A stretch of DNA of 64,000 nucleotides, from contig CAYOCC010000007.1 of the NCBI GenBank assembly GCA_964402375.1, positions 8,238 through 72,237 of the forward strand, read 5' to 3'. Under the pieces are notes generated by a model that was not told the origin of the DNA, ran no database searches, and saw nothing but the letters and a program-made list of their open reading frames with translations. Both the position numbers and the translations under genes were made by a program. This DNA comes from an uncultured Flavobacterium sp. (GTDB lineage Bacteria; Bacteroidota; Bacteroidia; Flavobacteriales; Flavobacteriaceae). This document shows, in pieces, positions 1-10,611 of the stretch (position 1 is its first letter; each line of letters starts with the position of its first letter).

Positions 1-1973
1 CGCAATTGCATGTCGTCGTTACTATCCATTCCAATAGACATACGCGAAGGCGGGTTTTGGTTTGGCATACTTGTAACGTCTAATCCTAAACGACGGAAAG
101 CTGGTTCTTTTTCTAAATCGTCAATTCGATTTGGGTTGTTGAATTTGTGATTGAAGTTTTTTAATTTACTTTTACGTTCTTCTGCTCTTGATTTTAAAAT
201 GTCTTCAATTGACATTTCTACTGGAGAAACACCATCAAAATTATAATTAGGATCAAAACTAATAGGTGCCGCAACTGGCTCTTTTTGTTTGATAGTGAAA
301 TTTATTTCTTCATCAATAGGTTCTGCCGCAACTTGAATATGTGCAACTGGCTCAAATGCTTCTTCTAATTCTTCTTCTAATGTATATTTGATAATTCCTT
401 CTTCACCTAATTCAGTAACTGGGAAAAACTGAACGGCTTCGTTCACTTTGATATCTTTTGTTTCTTCGCTTAATTCAAAAACAACGGTATTTTGTGTGTT
501 TTCTATTTTAGCATCGAACAAATCTAAAGAGAAGTTGAAATCTAACGGTGCTACAACAAATTCAGGATCAATTACTTCAATTTCTCTAACAGAGTTTGAA
601 ATAATTTCGAATTCTTGAAGAGGTTTAACCATTTCAATAACAGGTTGTGCTACCTCTTTTGTTTGAAATTCTGCTGAAACATTTTCAAAAAATACATCTA
701 AATTTTTAATAAATTCGGTAGTTTCTATTAAATCTGATACCGGAACTTGTACAATTTGTGGTTGTGCCACTTCTAAATCATTTAATTCAAAAACAATTTT
801 GGAAACAGGTTCAGCTACTACTTCCTTTGGCATTTCTGCTTCAAAATTTACTTTATTAGTAATTGTTTCTTCAAAAGAAAAATTAGGAGTAGGAACAGCA
901 TTTGGTGTTAAATTATGTTCTACTTTTTGCTCACTATCTAAAGAATGAATAATTTTCTTTGGCTCAGCATTTACAATTTCTATTTGTTGTTCTACATTAA
1001 ATCCTGTAGCAATTACCGTAACTGAAATAGCGTCGCCTAATTTTTCATCTTCACCAATTCCCATAATGATGTTGGCGTTATGACCTGCTTCGTTTTGGAT
1101 GTATTCGTTAATTTCACTTATTTCATCGATAGTAATTTCGTCAGAACCAAATGTGATAAGCAACAACACATTTTTAGCACCTGTAATTTTATTATCGTTT
1201 AATAATGGAGAATCTAATGCAGATTGAATAGCAATTCTAGCACGGTCTGCGCCCGAAGCAACATAAGATCCCATTATGGCTGTTCCGCTATCACTTAAAA
1301 CTGTTTTAGCATCTTTTAAATCTATGTTCATTGTTAGGTGATTGGTAATCACTTCTGCAATACCTTTTGAAGCTGTAGCTAACACTTCATCGGCTTTAGA
1401 AAAACCAGCTTTAAAACCAAGATTTCCGTAAACTTCTCTTAATTTGTTATTATTAATAACAATTAATGAATCTACTTGTTTTCTTAATTTTTCTACACCT
1501 TCCATGGCTTGGTCGTAGCGATTTTTACCTTCAAACTGGAAAGGAATAGTAATAATTCCTACGGTTAAAATGCCTCTTTCTTTTGCTAATTGAGCAATTA
1601 CTGGCGCAGCACCTGTACCTGTACCACCGCCCATACCAGCTGTAATAAATACCATTTTGGTATTTACATCTAGCATTTTTTCAATTTCCTCAATGCTTTC
1701 TAGAGCGGCTTGTTGACCGATTTCTGGCTTTGCTCCTGCGCCCAATCCTTCTGTAAGATTAACTCCTAACTGAATTTTATTTGGCACCGGACTTGTTTGT
1801 AAGGCCTGAGAATCTGTGTTACACACTACGAAATCTACTCCGATGATTCCTTGTCTGAACATGTGGTTAATGGCATTACTACCTCCGCCACCTACTCCAA
1901 TTACTTTTATTACGTTTGATTGATTTTTTGGTAAATCAAATGTAATGTTTCCAAATTCGTTGTTGCTTTCCAT
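1..1973 (-). CDS. ftsZ: Cell division protein FtsZ (3' end outside window)
   Basis: Not in ORF track; manual translation from ATG at 1973 gives MESNNEFGNITFDLPKNQSNVIKVIGVGGGGSNA...AGMGGGTGTG (tubulin signature). The same frame reads ...EKEPAFRRLG...RMSIGMDSNDDMQL at the window edge. Follows ftsA. Confidence 0.97.
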   Translation of the reverse strand, partial: MESNNEFGNITFDLPKNQSNVIKVIGVGGGGSNAINHMFRQGIIGVDFVVCNTDSQALQTSPVPNKIQLGVNLTEGLGAGAKPEIGQQAALESIEEIEKMLDVNTKMVFITAGMGGGTGTGAAPVIAQLAKERGILTVGIITIPFQFEGKNRYDQAMEGVEKLRKQVDSLIVINNNKLREVYGNLGFKAGFSKADEVLATASKGIAEVITNHLTMNIDLKDAKTVLSDSGTAIMGSYVASGADRARIAIQSALDSPLLNDNKITGAKNVLLLITFGSDEITIDEISEINEYIQNEAGHNANIIMGIGEDEKLGDAISVTVIATGFNVEQQIEIVNAEPKKIIHSLDSEQKVEHNLTPNAVPTPNFSFEETITNKVNFEAEMPKEVVAEPVSKIVFELNDLEVAQPQIVQVPVSDLIETTEFIKNLDVFFENVSAEFQTKEVAQPVIEMVKPLQEFEIISNSVREIEVIDPEFVVAPLDFNFSLDLFDAKIENTQNTVVFELSEETKDIKVNEAVQFFPVTELGEEGIIKYTLEEELEEAFEPVAHIQVAAEPIDEEINFTIKQKEPVAAPISFDPNYNFDGVSPVEMSIEDILKSRAEERKSKLKNFNHKFNNPNRIDDLEKEPAFRRLGLDVTSMPNQNPPSRMSIGMDSNDDMQL

Positions 1974-2011
1974 ATATTTGGCTTTTTTTGTGTTATTTGC
2001 TACTAATAACT

Positions 2012-3382
2012 TTATTCTACATTATCTAAAAACTCTTTAATTTTCCCCAAAAGGTTATTAAAGTCGTATTTCTTTTTTCTTTCTATTGGTTCGTTTTCAA
2101 CTGGTTTTGAATTAGTTTCTTCCCCTACTTCCTCAGTTACATTTACTTCAGTAGGTTGAGATGTAGCCATTACTGGTTCAGGAATTTTCAATTCTACAAA
2201 CGGAGTAGCGCTATTGGTTTGGTTACGTAAACTTTCCATAACTAAACCTACAGATGTAGCGTATAGAGGACTCGACAATTCTTCGCTTGAATTTCCTGCT
2301 AAATGCTCATTTGGATACCCAATTCTAGTGTCCATTCCTGTAATATATTCTACTAATTGTTTAATATGTTGTAGTTGCGAACCACCACCAGTTAATACGA
2401 TTCCTGCGATTAATTTTTTCTTTGGCTCGTCATGCCCATACAATTTAATTTCAGCATATACTTGTTCAATAATTTCCACCACTCTAGCGTGAATAATTTT
2501 TGATAGGTTTTTTAGTGAAATTTCTTTTGGATCCCGACCTCTTAGTCCAGGAATGGAAACAATTTCGTTGTCTTTATTTTCACCTGGCCAAGCTGATCCG
2601 AAACGTGTTTTTAATAATTCGGCTTGTTTTTCAATAATTGAACAGCCTTCTTTGATGTCTTCTGTAATTACATTTCCACCGAAAGGAATTACAGCAGTAT
2701 GACGAATTACTCCGTTTTTAAACACGGCTAAATCAGTTGTACCACCACCAATATCGATAAGTGCCACACCTGCTTCTTTTTCTTCTTCGCTTAAAACCGC
2801 ATCCGCGGAAGCTAAGGGTTCTAAAGTAAGTCCTGTTAATTCTAAACCTGCATTTTTAACACAACGTCCTAAATTTCTGATTGAAGCCGCTTGTCCTACC
2901 ACGATATGAAAACTAGATTCTACTCTGGCGCCATACATTCCTATTGGTTCTAAAATTTCAGATTGTCCGTCAATTTTAAATTCTTGAGGTAAGGCATGAA
3001 TAATTTCTTCTCCAGGAAGCATTGATAAATTTTGAACTTGACAAGTTAATTGCTCAATATCATATTCTCCAATTACTTCTTCAGGATTTTTTCTACTGAT
3101 ATAATCGCTATGTTGAATGCTACGAATGTGTTGTCCTGCAATTCCAACCACAACATCATTAATTCGGTACCCTGAATTATTTTCTGCTTCTGATATGGCT
3201 GCTTGAATGGATTGAATGGTTTGCGTGATGTTGTTTACAACACCCCTATGTACCCCTAAACTTTTAGATTTTCCTACCCCTAGGATTTCTAATTTTCCGT
3301 ACTCATTTTTCTTGCCTATCATAGCTACAATCTTAGTTGTACCTATATCTAAACCTACTGCAATACTTTCTTTGTTCATCAT
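2012..3382 (-). CDS. ftsA: Cell division protein FtsA
   Basis: VGLDIGTTKI and LIDIGGGTTD actin-like ATPase motifs; lies between ftsQ and ftsZ. Confidence 0.97.
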   Translation of the reverse strand: MMNKESIAVGLDIGTTKIVAMIGKKNEYGKLEILGVGKSKSLGVHRGVVNNITQTIQSIQAAISEAENNSGYRINDVVVGIAGQHIRSIQHSDYISRKNPEEVIGEYDIEQLTCQVQNLSMLPGEEIIHALPQEFKIDGQSEILEPIGMYGARVESSFHIVVGQAASIRNLGRCVKNAGLELTGLTLEPLASADAVLSEEEKEAGVALIDIGGGTTDLAVFKNGVIRHTAVIPFGGNVITEDIKEGCSIIEKQAELLKTRFGSAWPGENKDNEIVSIPGLRGRDPKEISLKNLSKIIHARVVEIIEQVYAEIKLYGHDEPKKKLIAGIVLTGGGSQLQHIKQLVEYITGMDTRIGYPNEHLAGNSSEELSSPLYATSVGLVMESLRNQTNSATPFVELKIPEPVMATSQPTEVNVTEEVGEETNSKPVENEPIERKKKYDFNNLLGKIKEFLDNVE

Positions 3383-3389
3383 CTATTCA

Positions 3390-4112
3390 TTATTTTGAAC
3401 ACACTACTTGTTGTGTGAAAATTAAATTTATTGACTTGTACTTTTCAATTATCGAATCTTTTGCTGCGTATTGATAAAACGCTTTGTAATTTTTAAACTT
3501 TTTTGCAATGAAAATGGGTTTTCCAAAATTGATATCGTAATCATATTCTCTGGTTAACATGTTCATGCTTCCATTTTTCTGAATTGTGATTGCAATAATA
3601 TGTTTTCTTAAAAAATCATCTTTCTCAATTGTCTTAAATGTTTCTATGAAACCTTTTTTAAATTGGCCTTCAATATTTCCTTGAACAATAGGAACTCTTG
3701 ACGAAAAATTATTGGACAATTGAAAAATACTGCCATTTTTATCAACATACAAAACGCGATTATTATTAACTACTCTTGCGATTGGGGACTTCTGCAAAAC
3801 TTTGGTTATTAATACACTATCTTCTGAAATAAATACTTCGGCATTTTCGATGAATGATTGCTTTTTTAGGGCACTTTCCAAATCTTTCAAATCTACTTTA
3901 TCTTTTTGAATTAGGGAAGTCCCACCCAAATTTTGTATTAACAAGTTATTAACCATTTCATTTGTTAAAAACATTTTGTTATCACCCTGAAAATCAACTT
4001 GTATTTTATTAATTTTCTTATTTTGACTTCTACTTTGTGTAAAAGAATAGAGAAAAATAACCACAAAAAACATGACCACTAACCGAATATTTTGCCAATT
4101 AAATTTTTTCAT
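3390..4112 (-). CDS. ftsQ: Cell division protein FtsQ/DivIB
   Basis: Single N-terminal TM segment, periplasmic domain, position between murC and ftsA. Confidence 0.85.
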   Translation of the reverse strand: MKKFNWQNIRLVVMFFVVIFLYSFTQSRSQNKKINKIQVDFQGDNKMFLTNEMVNNLLIQNLGGTSLIQKDKVDLKDLESALKKQSFIENAEVFISEDSVLITKVLQKSPIARVVNNNRVLYVDKNGSIFQLSNNFSSRVPIVQGNIEGQFKKGFIETFKTIEKDDFLRKHIIAITIQKNGSMNMLTREYDYDINFGKPIFIAKKFKNYKAFYQYAAKDSIIEKYKSINLIFTQQVVCSK

Positions 4113-5448
4113 TTAGTACTTTTTTTATTTCATTTACCATTTCTCCTATATCTCCTGCGCCAATAGTAATATAAACATCTGCATCAGAATTTTTAAAGCT
4201 AGTTAACAACTTTTCTTTAGTTACTAATTGTTTGTTTTTAGCTGTTATTTTTTCTAATAACCAAGCTGAATTTACCCCTTCAATAGGCAATTCTCTGGCT
4301 GGATAAATTTCCAATAAAAGAATTTCATCAAACTGAGACAAACTTTCTGCAAAACCATCAACAAAATCTTTCGTTCTGCTAAACAAATGAGGTTGAAAAC
4401 ATGCCATTATTTTTTTATTAGGATACAATTCTTTTACGGCTTGGTGCACCGCATTTATTTCTGTTGGATGATGTGCATAATCATCAATATATACTAATTT
4501 GTCAGTTCGTATTTGAAAAGAAAATCGGCGTTTAACTCCTTTAAAAGTAGCTAACGCATTACTGATTTTTTCGTTTGCTAAACCATACGACTTTGCCATA
4601 GCAAAAGCCAATAAAGCATTGGTTAAATTATGATGTCCTGGTAGCCCAAATTTTACATTTTCAATTAATTCAGTTGCAGTTTTTACATTAAAAACATAAA
4701 AACCATTTTCAATTCTGATATTTTGAGCTACAAAATCTGCACTCATATTTACAGCAATTGTATTTCCTTCTAAAGGCAATCCTTTTACAATAAATAAATT
4801 TTCTGAAGGCACTTTTTGAGCAAATTCTTTAAAAGATGCTTCAATAGTTGCCACATCCCCATAAATATCTAAATGATCTGCATCCATTGAGGTTATACAT
4901 GATACATTTGGATGTAAATGCAAAAATGAACGATCAAATTCATCAGCTTCTACTACCGTAACTGTTTTTCCTGTACCAATTAAATTGGAATCATAACCTT
5001 CCACAATACCGCCTAAAAAAGCAGTAACATCTACACCACATTCAAACAAAATGTGTCCTAAAATACTTGATGTTGTGGTTTTTCCATGTGTTCCAGCAAC
5101 GGCAAAACAAAAAGTGTCTTTTGTAATGATTCCTAAAACTTCTGCACGTTTTTTTACAGTAAATTCATTATCTAAAAAGAAATTCCATTCTGTGTGGTTT
5201 TTCGGAACTGCTGGCGTAATTACTACTAAAGTATTTTCGGTATTTTTAAAGTTATCTGCAATTAAATTTATATTGTCTTCAAAATGAATTTTTATACCAC
5301 TTTCTTGTAACTCGGAAGTTAACTGTGTTTTTGTTTTATCATAACCCGCTACATTTTTTCCAAGGAATTGAAAATAACGCGCCAAAGCACTCATTCCGAT
5401 TCCACCGATACCAATAAAATAAACGTTATGTATTTGATTTAAATTCAT
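4099..5448 (-). CDS. murC: UDP-N-acetylmuramate--L-alanine ligase
   Basis: GIGGIGMS, AGTHGKTTT, EADEFDRSF, DDYAHHPTE motifs. Confidence 0.97.
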   Translation of the reverse strand: MNLNQIHNVYFIGIGGIGMSALARYFQFLGKNVAGYDKTKTQLTSELQESGIKIHFEDNINLIADNFKNTENTLVVITPAVPKNHTEWNFFLDNEFTVKKRAEVLGIITKDTFCFAVAGTHGKTTTSSILGHILFECGVDVTAFLGGIVEGYDSNLIGTGKTVTVVEADEFDRSFLHLHPNVSCITSMDADHLDIYGDVATIEASFKEFAQKVPSENLFIVKGLPLEGNTIAVNMSADFVAQNIRIENGFYVFNVKTATELIENVKFGLPGHHNLTNALLAFAMAKSYGLANEKISNALATFKGVKRRFSFQIRTDKLVYIDDYAHHPTEINAVHQAVKELYPNKKIMACFQPHLFSRTKDFVDGFAESLSQFDEILLLEIYPARELPIEGVNSAWLLEKITAKNKQLVTKEKLLTSFKNSDADVYITIGAGDIGEMVNEIKKVLNEKI

Positions 5449-5476
5449 TTTTTTATTGCTGTTGCAATTATTTTTA

Positions 5477-6565
5477 TTATTTAATTAATTTTTTTATTTC
5501 TTCAACTATCGCTTTTGTTGCATTGGGCAACGCTAATCTTTTAATGTTTTGTTCCAAGCTTTCTAATTTTCCTTGATCTTTAATTAATGCTTCGAAAACA
5601 ATTTTAAATTCTGATTCCAAATCTGATTCTTTAATTAAAATTGCTGCACCTCTTTCCACAATTGCTTTGGCATTTTTTGTTTGATGATCTTCAGAGACAT
5701 TTGGTGAAGGAATAAAAATGGTTGGTTTTCCAACGATGCACAACTCTGAAACAGAAGACGCGCCTGAACGAGAAATTACCACATCCGAAGCTGCATAAAC
5801 CAAATCCATTCTGTCAATAAATGCTACAACTTGAACATTTTCTTTTTCATTGTATTTTGAATATTCTTTTAAATAATGCTTGCCACATTGCCAAATAATT
5901 TGAAAATCAAGTTGTAATAAAAAATCTAATTCTTTTTCAATTAGTTGATTTATTCTTCTGGATCCTAAACTTCCACCTAAAATTAAAAGTGTTTTCTTGG
6001 TAACATCCAAATTAAAATAAGTTAGTGCTTCTTCTTTTTTGCTTGCCACTTCCATTAAATCTTGACGAACGGGATTTCCCGTAATATGCAATTTATCTTT
6101 TGGGAAAAACCTCTCTAAATTTTCGTATGCCACACAAATAGAATTGGCTTTTTTAGCTAATAATTTATTTGTAATTCCGGGATAAGAATTCTGTTCTTGT
6201 ATAACCGTTGGAATTCCTAAAATTGATGCCACTTTTAAAACAGCGCCACTAGCAAAACCTCCTGTTCCTATTACCACATTAGGTTTAAATTTTTTTAATA
6301 TAAAATACGACTTAAGTAAAGTTGTGGCCAATTTTAAAGGAAACGATGCGTTTTGTAAAGTAAGTTTACGTTGCAATCCTGCAATCCAAAGCCCTTCAAT
6401 TTCATATCCTGCTTGAGGTACTTTTTGCATTTCCATTTTATCCTTTGCACCAACAAATAAAAATTTAGCATCCGGAAATTGAACTTTCAATTCGTTTGCA
6501 ATAGCAATAGCTGGATAAATATGTCCACCAGTTCCGCCGCCGCTAATGATAAATCTTTTTTCCAT
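5477..6565 (-). CDS. murG: Lipid II N-acetylglucosaminyltransferase MurG
   Basis: [25 protein letters not shown] motifs. Confidence 0.97.
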   Translation of the reverse strand: MEKRFIISGGGTGGHIYPAIAIANELKVQFPDAKFLFVGAKDKMEMQKVPQAGYEIEGLWIAGLQRKLTLQNASFPLKLATTLLKSYFILKKFKPNVVIGTGGFASGAVLKVASILGIPTVIQEQNSYPGITNKLLAKKANSICVAYENLERFFPKDKLHITGNPVRQDLMEVASKKEEALTYFNLDVTKKTLLILGGSLGSRRINQLIEKELDFLLQLDFQIIWQCGKHYLKEYSKYNEKENVQVVAFIDRMDLVYAASDVVISRSGASSVSELCIVGKPTIFIPSPNVSEDHQTKNAKAIVERGAAILIKESDLESEFKIVFEALIKDQGKLESLEQNIKRLALPNATKAIVEEIKKLIK

Positions 6566-7950
6566 TATTTTTTATTTATAACCGCATTTATTGGATTTTG
6601 TCCGTTTATTAAACTATCGCCTTGTTGGTCTATTTCGTTTTCTTGTTTTAAAGATTCCCGAATAGAATATTTCATATTATTTACTTTTTTTTCGTCTTCA
6701 GAAGTGGTTTCATTTGAATTTTCAGCGTTCATAACTACAACTTCTCTTTCAATTAAACGCTGTAAAGCGGCTTCTCTATCCTGAAAATCTTTTAAATCGG
6801 CGGCAATTTCATCTTCCCTTTTTGTTACACTAAGAATAATTCCTAAAGACAAACAAGTCATCCAAATGGAAGTTCCTCCACTACTAATTAAAGGCAAAGG
6901 CTGACCGGTAACTGGCAATAATTCTACAGCCACACCCATATTTATTAGAGCCTGAATTATAATTGGAAATCCGAGTCCTATGATTAATAATTTTCCAAAC
7001 AAATTATTTGTTTTATTGGCTCGAATTAAGAATCTAAAAAACAATAACATGTAAAAGAATACTAACACGTATCCGCCAATTAATCCATATTCTTCAATTA
7101 TAATTGCAAAAATAAAATCGGAAGATGATTGAGGTAAAAAATTCTTTTGGATACTTTTTCCTGGTCCTACTCCGTTTATTTTTCCAACCGCGATAGCGAT
7201 TTTAGCATTTTCTATTTGATATTTGTCTTCATCGGGTTTATCAGAAGTGAAATTTTCAATTCTACTCACCCAAGTATTGACACGGCTAAAGGTTTTATGT
7301 TTTGGAAAAGCTTGCGCCAACAAGAAAAAAAGTGCTAATAAAGCAATTCCAGAAGCCAATATAATTCCTAAATATTTTAAAGGATACTGTCCAATGTATA
7401 ACAACATAAAAACCATAGCAAACATTAGTGCTGCTGTGGAAAAGTTTGACGGCAAAATAAATATCAAAACCGCGCCAACAGGAATCCATATTTGAATAAC
7501 GGAATCTTTAAACGTGTATTTGGTTTCGTTAATTTTGGTTAATGTTCTGGCAACATATACCATCAAAATTGTAAAAGCAAGCGTTGAAGGCTGAAATGAA
7601 AAATTTACAAAAGGAATAACCAACCATCGACTTGCATTTGCACCACCAATTGTTTTTCCTTGTAATAATGTAAAAAGTAACGCCGGTATGATAATCCAAA
7701 TGGCAAAAATGGAATATTTTTTAAATTTTTCAAAAGGCATTTTATGAACCAAAAATACAATAAGCATTCCAATAAAAAGATGCGTAAGATGTTTTAATAA
7801 TAACATAAAAGTAGAACCCGTGCCATTACCAACAGTGTAAACTAAATTGGTGCTGGCACTATATACTGGCAAAAAGGAAACTATGGCCAGTAAAATTATT
7901 ACTGCCCAAATTGTTTTATCGCCTTTAAGTTGGTTGACTATTTTATTCAT
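6565..7950 (-). CDS. ftsW: SEDS family peptidoglycan polymerase FtsW
   Basis: Multi-TM; GASRW-like (GANASRW), [21 protein letters not shown]; dcw position. Confidence 0.93.
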   Translation of the reverse strand: MNKIVNQLKGDKTIWAVIILLAIVSFLPVYSASTNLVYTVGNGTGSTFMLLLKHLTHLFIGMLIVFLVHKMPFEKFKKYSIFAIWIIIPALLFTLLQGKTIGGANASRWLVIPFVNFSFQPSTLAFTILMVYVARTLTKINETKYTFKDSVIQIWIPVGAVLIFILPSNFSTAALMFAMVFMLLYIGQYPLKYLGIILASGIALLALFFLLAQAFPKHKTFSRVNTWVSRIENFTSDKPDEDKYQIENAKIAIAVGKINGVGPGKSIQKNFLPQSSSDFIFAIIIEEYGLIGGYVLVFFYMLLFFRFLIRANKTNNLFGKLLIIGLGFPIIIQALINMGVAVELLPVTGQPLPLISSGGTSIWMTCLSLGIILSVTKREDEIAADLKDFQDREAALQRLIEREVVVMNAENSNETTSEDEKKVNNMKYSIRESLKQENEIDQQGDSLINGQNPINAVINKK

Positions 7951-7984
7951 TATTAATTTTTGCTATTGTAAAATTCAATTACAA

Positions 7985-9319
7985 TTATAAATTATGTACC
8001 GCTTGTTTAAATTGACGACCTCTGTCTTCATAGTTTTCAAACAAATCAAAACTAGCACATGCTGGCGAAAGCAGAACAGTATCTCCTTTTTCAGCCATTT
8101 TGTTAGCTATTTTTACCGCTTCAGACATGGAAGTTGTTTCAATAAACATTTCTACTAAACCTTCAAACTTATCTGATAATTTTTTATTGTCAATGCCTAA
8201 ACAGATTATTCCTTTTACTTTTTCGCGTACTAAAGCCATCAATTCATCGTAATCATTTCCTTTGTCCACGCCGCCCACTATCCAAACTGTAGGTGTAGTC
8301 ATGCTGTCTAAAGCAAAGAATGTAGCATTTACATTTGTGGCTTTGGAGTCGTTGATGTATTGTACATTATTAATTTTAAGTACTTTCTCCAATCTATGTT
8401 CAGCACCTTGAAAATTTGATAAACTTTCTCTAATAGTTGCTTTTCTTATATTCATTAATTGTGCAACGGTTATTGCAGCCATAGCGTTTTTAACGTTATG
8501 TTTTCCTTCTAAAGCAAGTTGATTTATTGGCATAGTAAAATGGTCTTCGTTTAGGTTTATATTTATCTCGTTGTTTTCAGTCATACTTCCGCCTGTATTT
8601 AATTTTTTTGAAATTGAAAAAGGCACTTTTTTTGCTTTTGTTTGATGATTGTTAAACCAATTTGAAATGGCTTCATCGTCATTGTCATAAATTAAATAAT
8701 CGTTTTCTGTTTGATTCATTGTTATTCTGAACTTTGAATCGATATATAAATTGTAATCATAATTGTATCTATCCAAATGGTCTGGGCTAATATTCAAAAT
8801 AATTGCGATATCTGGCTTGTAATTTATAATTCCGTCTAATTGAAAACTACTTAATTCTAACACATAACAATCATGTTTATTTTCGGCCACCTGCCAGGCA
8901 AAACTTTTTCCAATATTCCCTGCTAATCCTACATTTAAACCACCTTGTTTAAGTATGTGATACGTTAACAAAGTAGTAGTAGTTTTTCCATTACTACCCG
9001 TAATTCCAATTGTTTTTGCAGTTGTAAAAGGAGCTGCAAATTCAATTTCTGAAATTACTGGAATTTTCTTTTCTAGTAACTTTTTTACTATTGGAACATT
9101 TTCTGGTATTCCAGGACTTTTCATTACCACATCAGCATTCAGAATTAAATCTTCTGTGTGTTTTTCATCTTCCCAAGCAATGCTATTAATACTAAGAACT
9201 TCTTTATAATTTTCTTTTATTTTTCCAAAATCGGACACAAAAACATCGTATCCTTTTTTCTTTCCCAATATTGCTGTTCCAACACCGCTTTCGCCTCCAC
9301 CTAATATTACTAATCGCAT
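7985..9319 (-). CDS. murD: UDP-N-acetylmuramoyl-L-alanine--D-glutamate ligase
   Basis: GITGSNGKTTT, ELSSFQL, NDSKATN, LSPACASFD. Confidence 0.97.
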   Translation of the reverse strand: MRLVILGGGESGVGTAILGKKKGYDVFVSDFGKIKENYKEVLSINSIAWEDEKHTEDLILNADVVMKSPGIPENVPIVKKLLEKKIPVISEIEFAAPFTTAKTIGITGSNGKTTTTLLTYHILKQGGLNVGLAGNIGKSFAWQVAENKHDCYVLELSSFQLDGIINYKPDIAIILNISPDHLDRYNYDYNLYIDSKFRITMNQTENDYLIYDNDDEAISNWFNNHQTKAKKVPFSISKKLNTGGSMTENNEININLNEDHFTMPINQLALEGKHNVKNAMAAITVAQLMNIRKATIRESLSNFQGAEHRLEKVLKINNVQYINDSKATNVNATFFALDSMTTPTVWIVGGVDKGNDYDELMALVREKVKGIICLGIDNKKLSDKFEGLVEMFIETTSMSEAVKIANKMAEKGDTVLLSPACASFDLFENYEDRGRQFKQAVHNL

Positions 9320-9320
9320 T

Positions 9321-10541
9321 TTATCTTAGTTTTAAAGATACTAGCGAAAAAATGGCTAATATGATAGCTACAATCCAGAAACGCGTTACGATTTTACTTT
9401 CGTGATAGCCTTTTTTCTGATAATGATGATGCAATGGTGACATTAAGAAAATACGACGACCTTCGCCAAACTTCTTTTTGGTATATTTGAAATAAGCTAC
9501 TTGTAACACAACTGAAAAGTTTTCCGCCAAGAAAATACCACATAAAACAGGAATCATTAATTCTTTTCTAACTGCGATTGCAATTACAGCTATGATTCCT
9601 CCGATAGTTAAACTTCCTGTATCGCCCATAAATACTGTTGCTGGATAGGTGTTGTACCATAAAAAACCAATTAATGCACCTACGAATGCGGCAATATAAA
9701 TAGTCATTTCTCCCGAATTTGGGATGTACATAATATTTAGATAATTTGAAAAAATGATGTTCCCAGATACAAATGTGAAAATACCTAAAACCAATACTGA
9801 AATGGCTGAAGTACCAGCCGCTAAACCATCAATACCATCTGTTAAATTCGCACCATTTGAAACGGCAGTTATGATAAAAATCACCACTGGAATAAAAATT
9901 AACCAAGCCCAATTTTGATAATCATCTCCCATAAAAGAAAGTACTTCGGCATAATCAAACGTGTTGTTTTTTACAAATGGAATGGTTGTTTCCATTGATT
10001 TTACCTCTGGTGAAGTGGATTTAATAACTGTTTCTATTCCTTGCTTTTTTAGCACCACATCTTCTTTTATCGTTACATTTGGATTAAAATATAAAGTAAC
10101 GCCTACTATAATTCCAAGTCCAATTTGACCAATAACTTTAAATTTTCCTTTTAAACCATCTTTATCTTTTTTGAAAACTTTAATATAATCATCTAAAAAA
10201 CCAATACTTCCCATCCAAACTGTTGTCACCAAAAGCAAAATGATATAAATGTTGTCCAATTTTGCCAATAGTAAAACAGGAACAAGTGTGGCTAAAATAA
10301 TAATTAGTCCACCCATTGTTGGGGTTCCTGCTTTTTGTACTTGTCCATCTAAACCAAGCTCTCGAACGGTTTCACCAACTTGTTTATTTCTTAAATAGCT
10401 GATTATTCTTTTTCCATAAATGGTAGAAATTAACAGCGATAAAATAACCGCTATTCCAGATCGGAAAGTGATATATTGAAACAAACCAGCACCTGGCAAA
10501 TTGTATGCTTCGTCTAGATATTTAAAAATGTAGTATAACAT
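9321..10541 (-). CDS. mraY: Phospho-N-acetylmuramoyl-pentapeptide transferase
   Basis: [29 protein letters not shown] motifs. Confidence 0.97.
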   Translation of the reverse strand: MLYYIFKYLDEAYNLPGAGLFQYITFRSGIAVILSLLISTIYGKRIISYLRNKQVGETVRELGLDGQVQKAGTPTMGGLIIILATLVPVLLLAKLDNIYIILLLVTTVWMGSIGFLDDYIKVFKKDKDGLKGKFKVIGQIGLGIIVGVTLYFNPNVTIKEDVVLKKQGIETVIKSTSPEVKSMETTIPFVKNNTFDYAEVLSFMGDDYQNWAWLIFIPVVIFIITAVSNGANLTDGIDGLAAGTSAISVLVLGIFTFVSGNIIFSNYLNIMYIPNSGEMTIYIAAFVGALIGFLWYNTYPATVFMGDTGSLTIGGIIAVIAIAVRKELMIPVLCGIFLAENFSVVLQVAYFKYTKKKFGEGRRIFLMSPLHHHYQKKGYHESKIVTRFWIVAIILAIFSLVSLKLR

Positions 10542-10555
10542 ATTTTTATAGGTTT

Positions 10556-10587
10556 AAATTCCAAATCTTTAAAATTCCAAATTCCAA
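10556..10587. repeat. Intergenic heptamer repeat (AAATTCC)n
   Basis: AAATTCC AAATCTTTA AAATTCC AAATTCC AA between murE and mraY. Confidence 0.6.
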
Positions 10588-10611
10588 GTCGTTTGACTTA
10601 ATATTAAGAAT

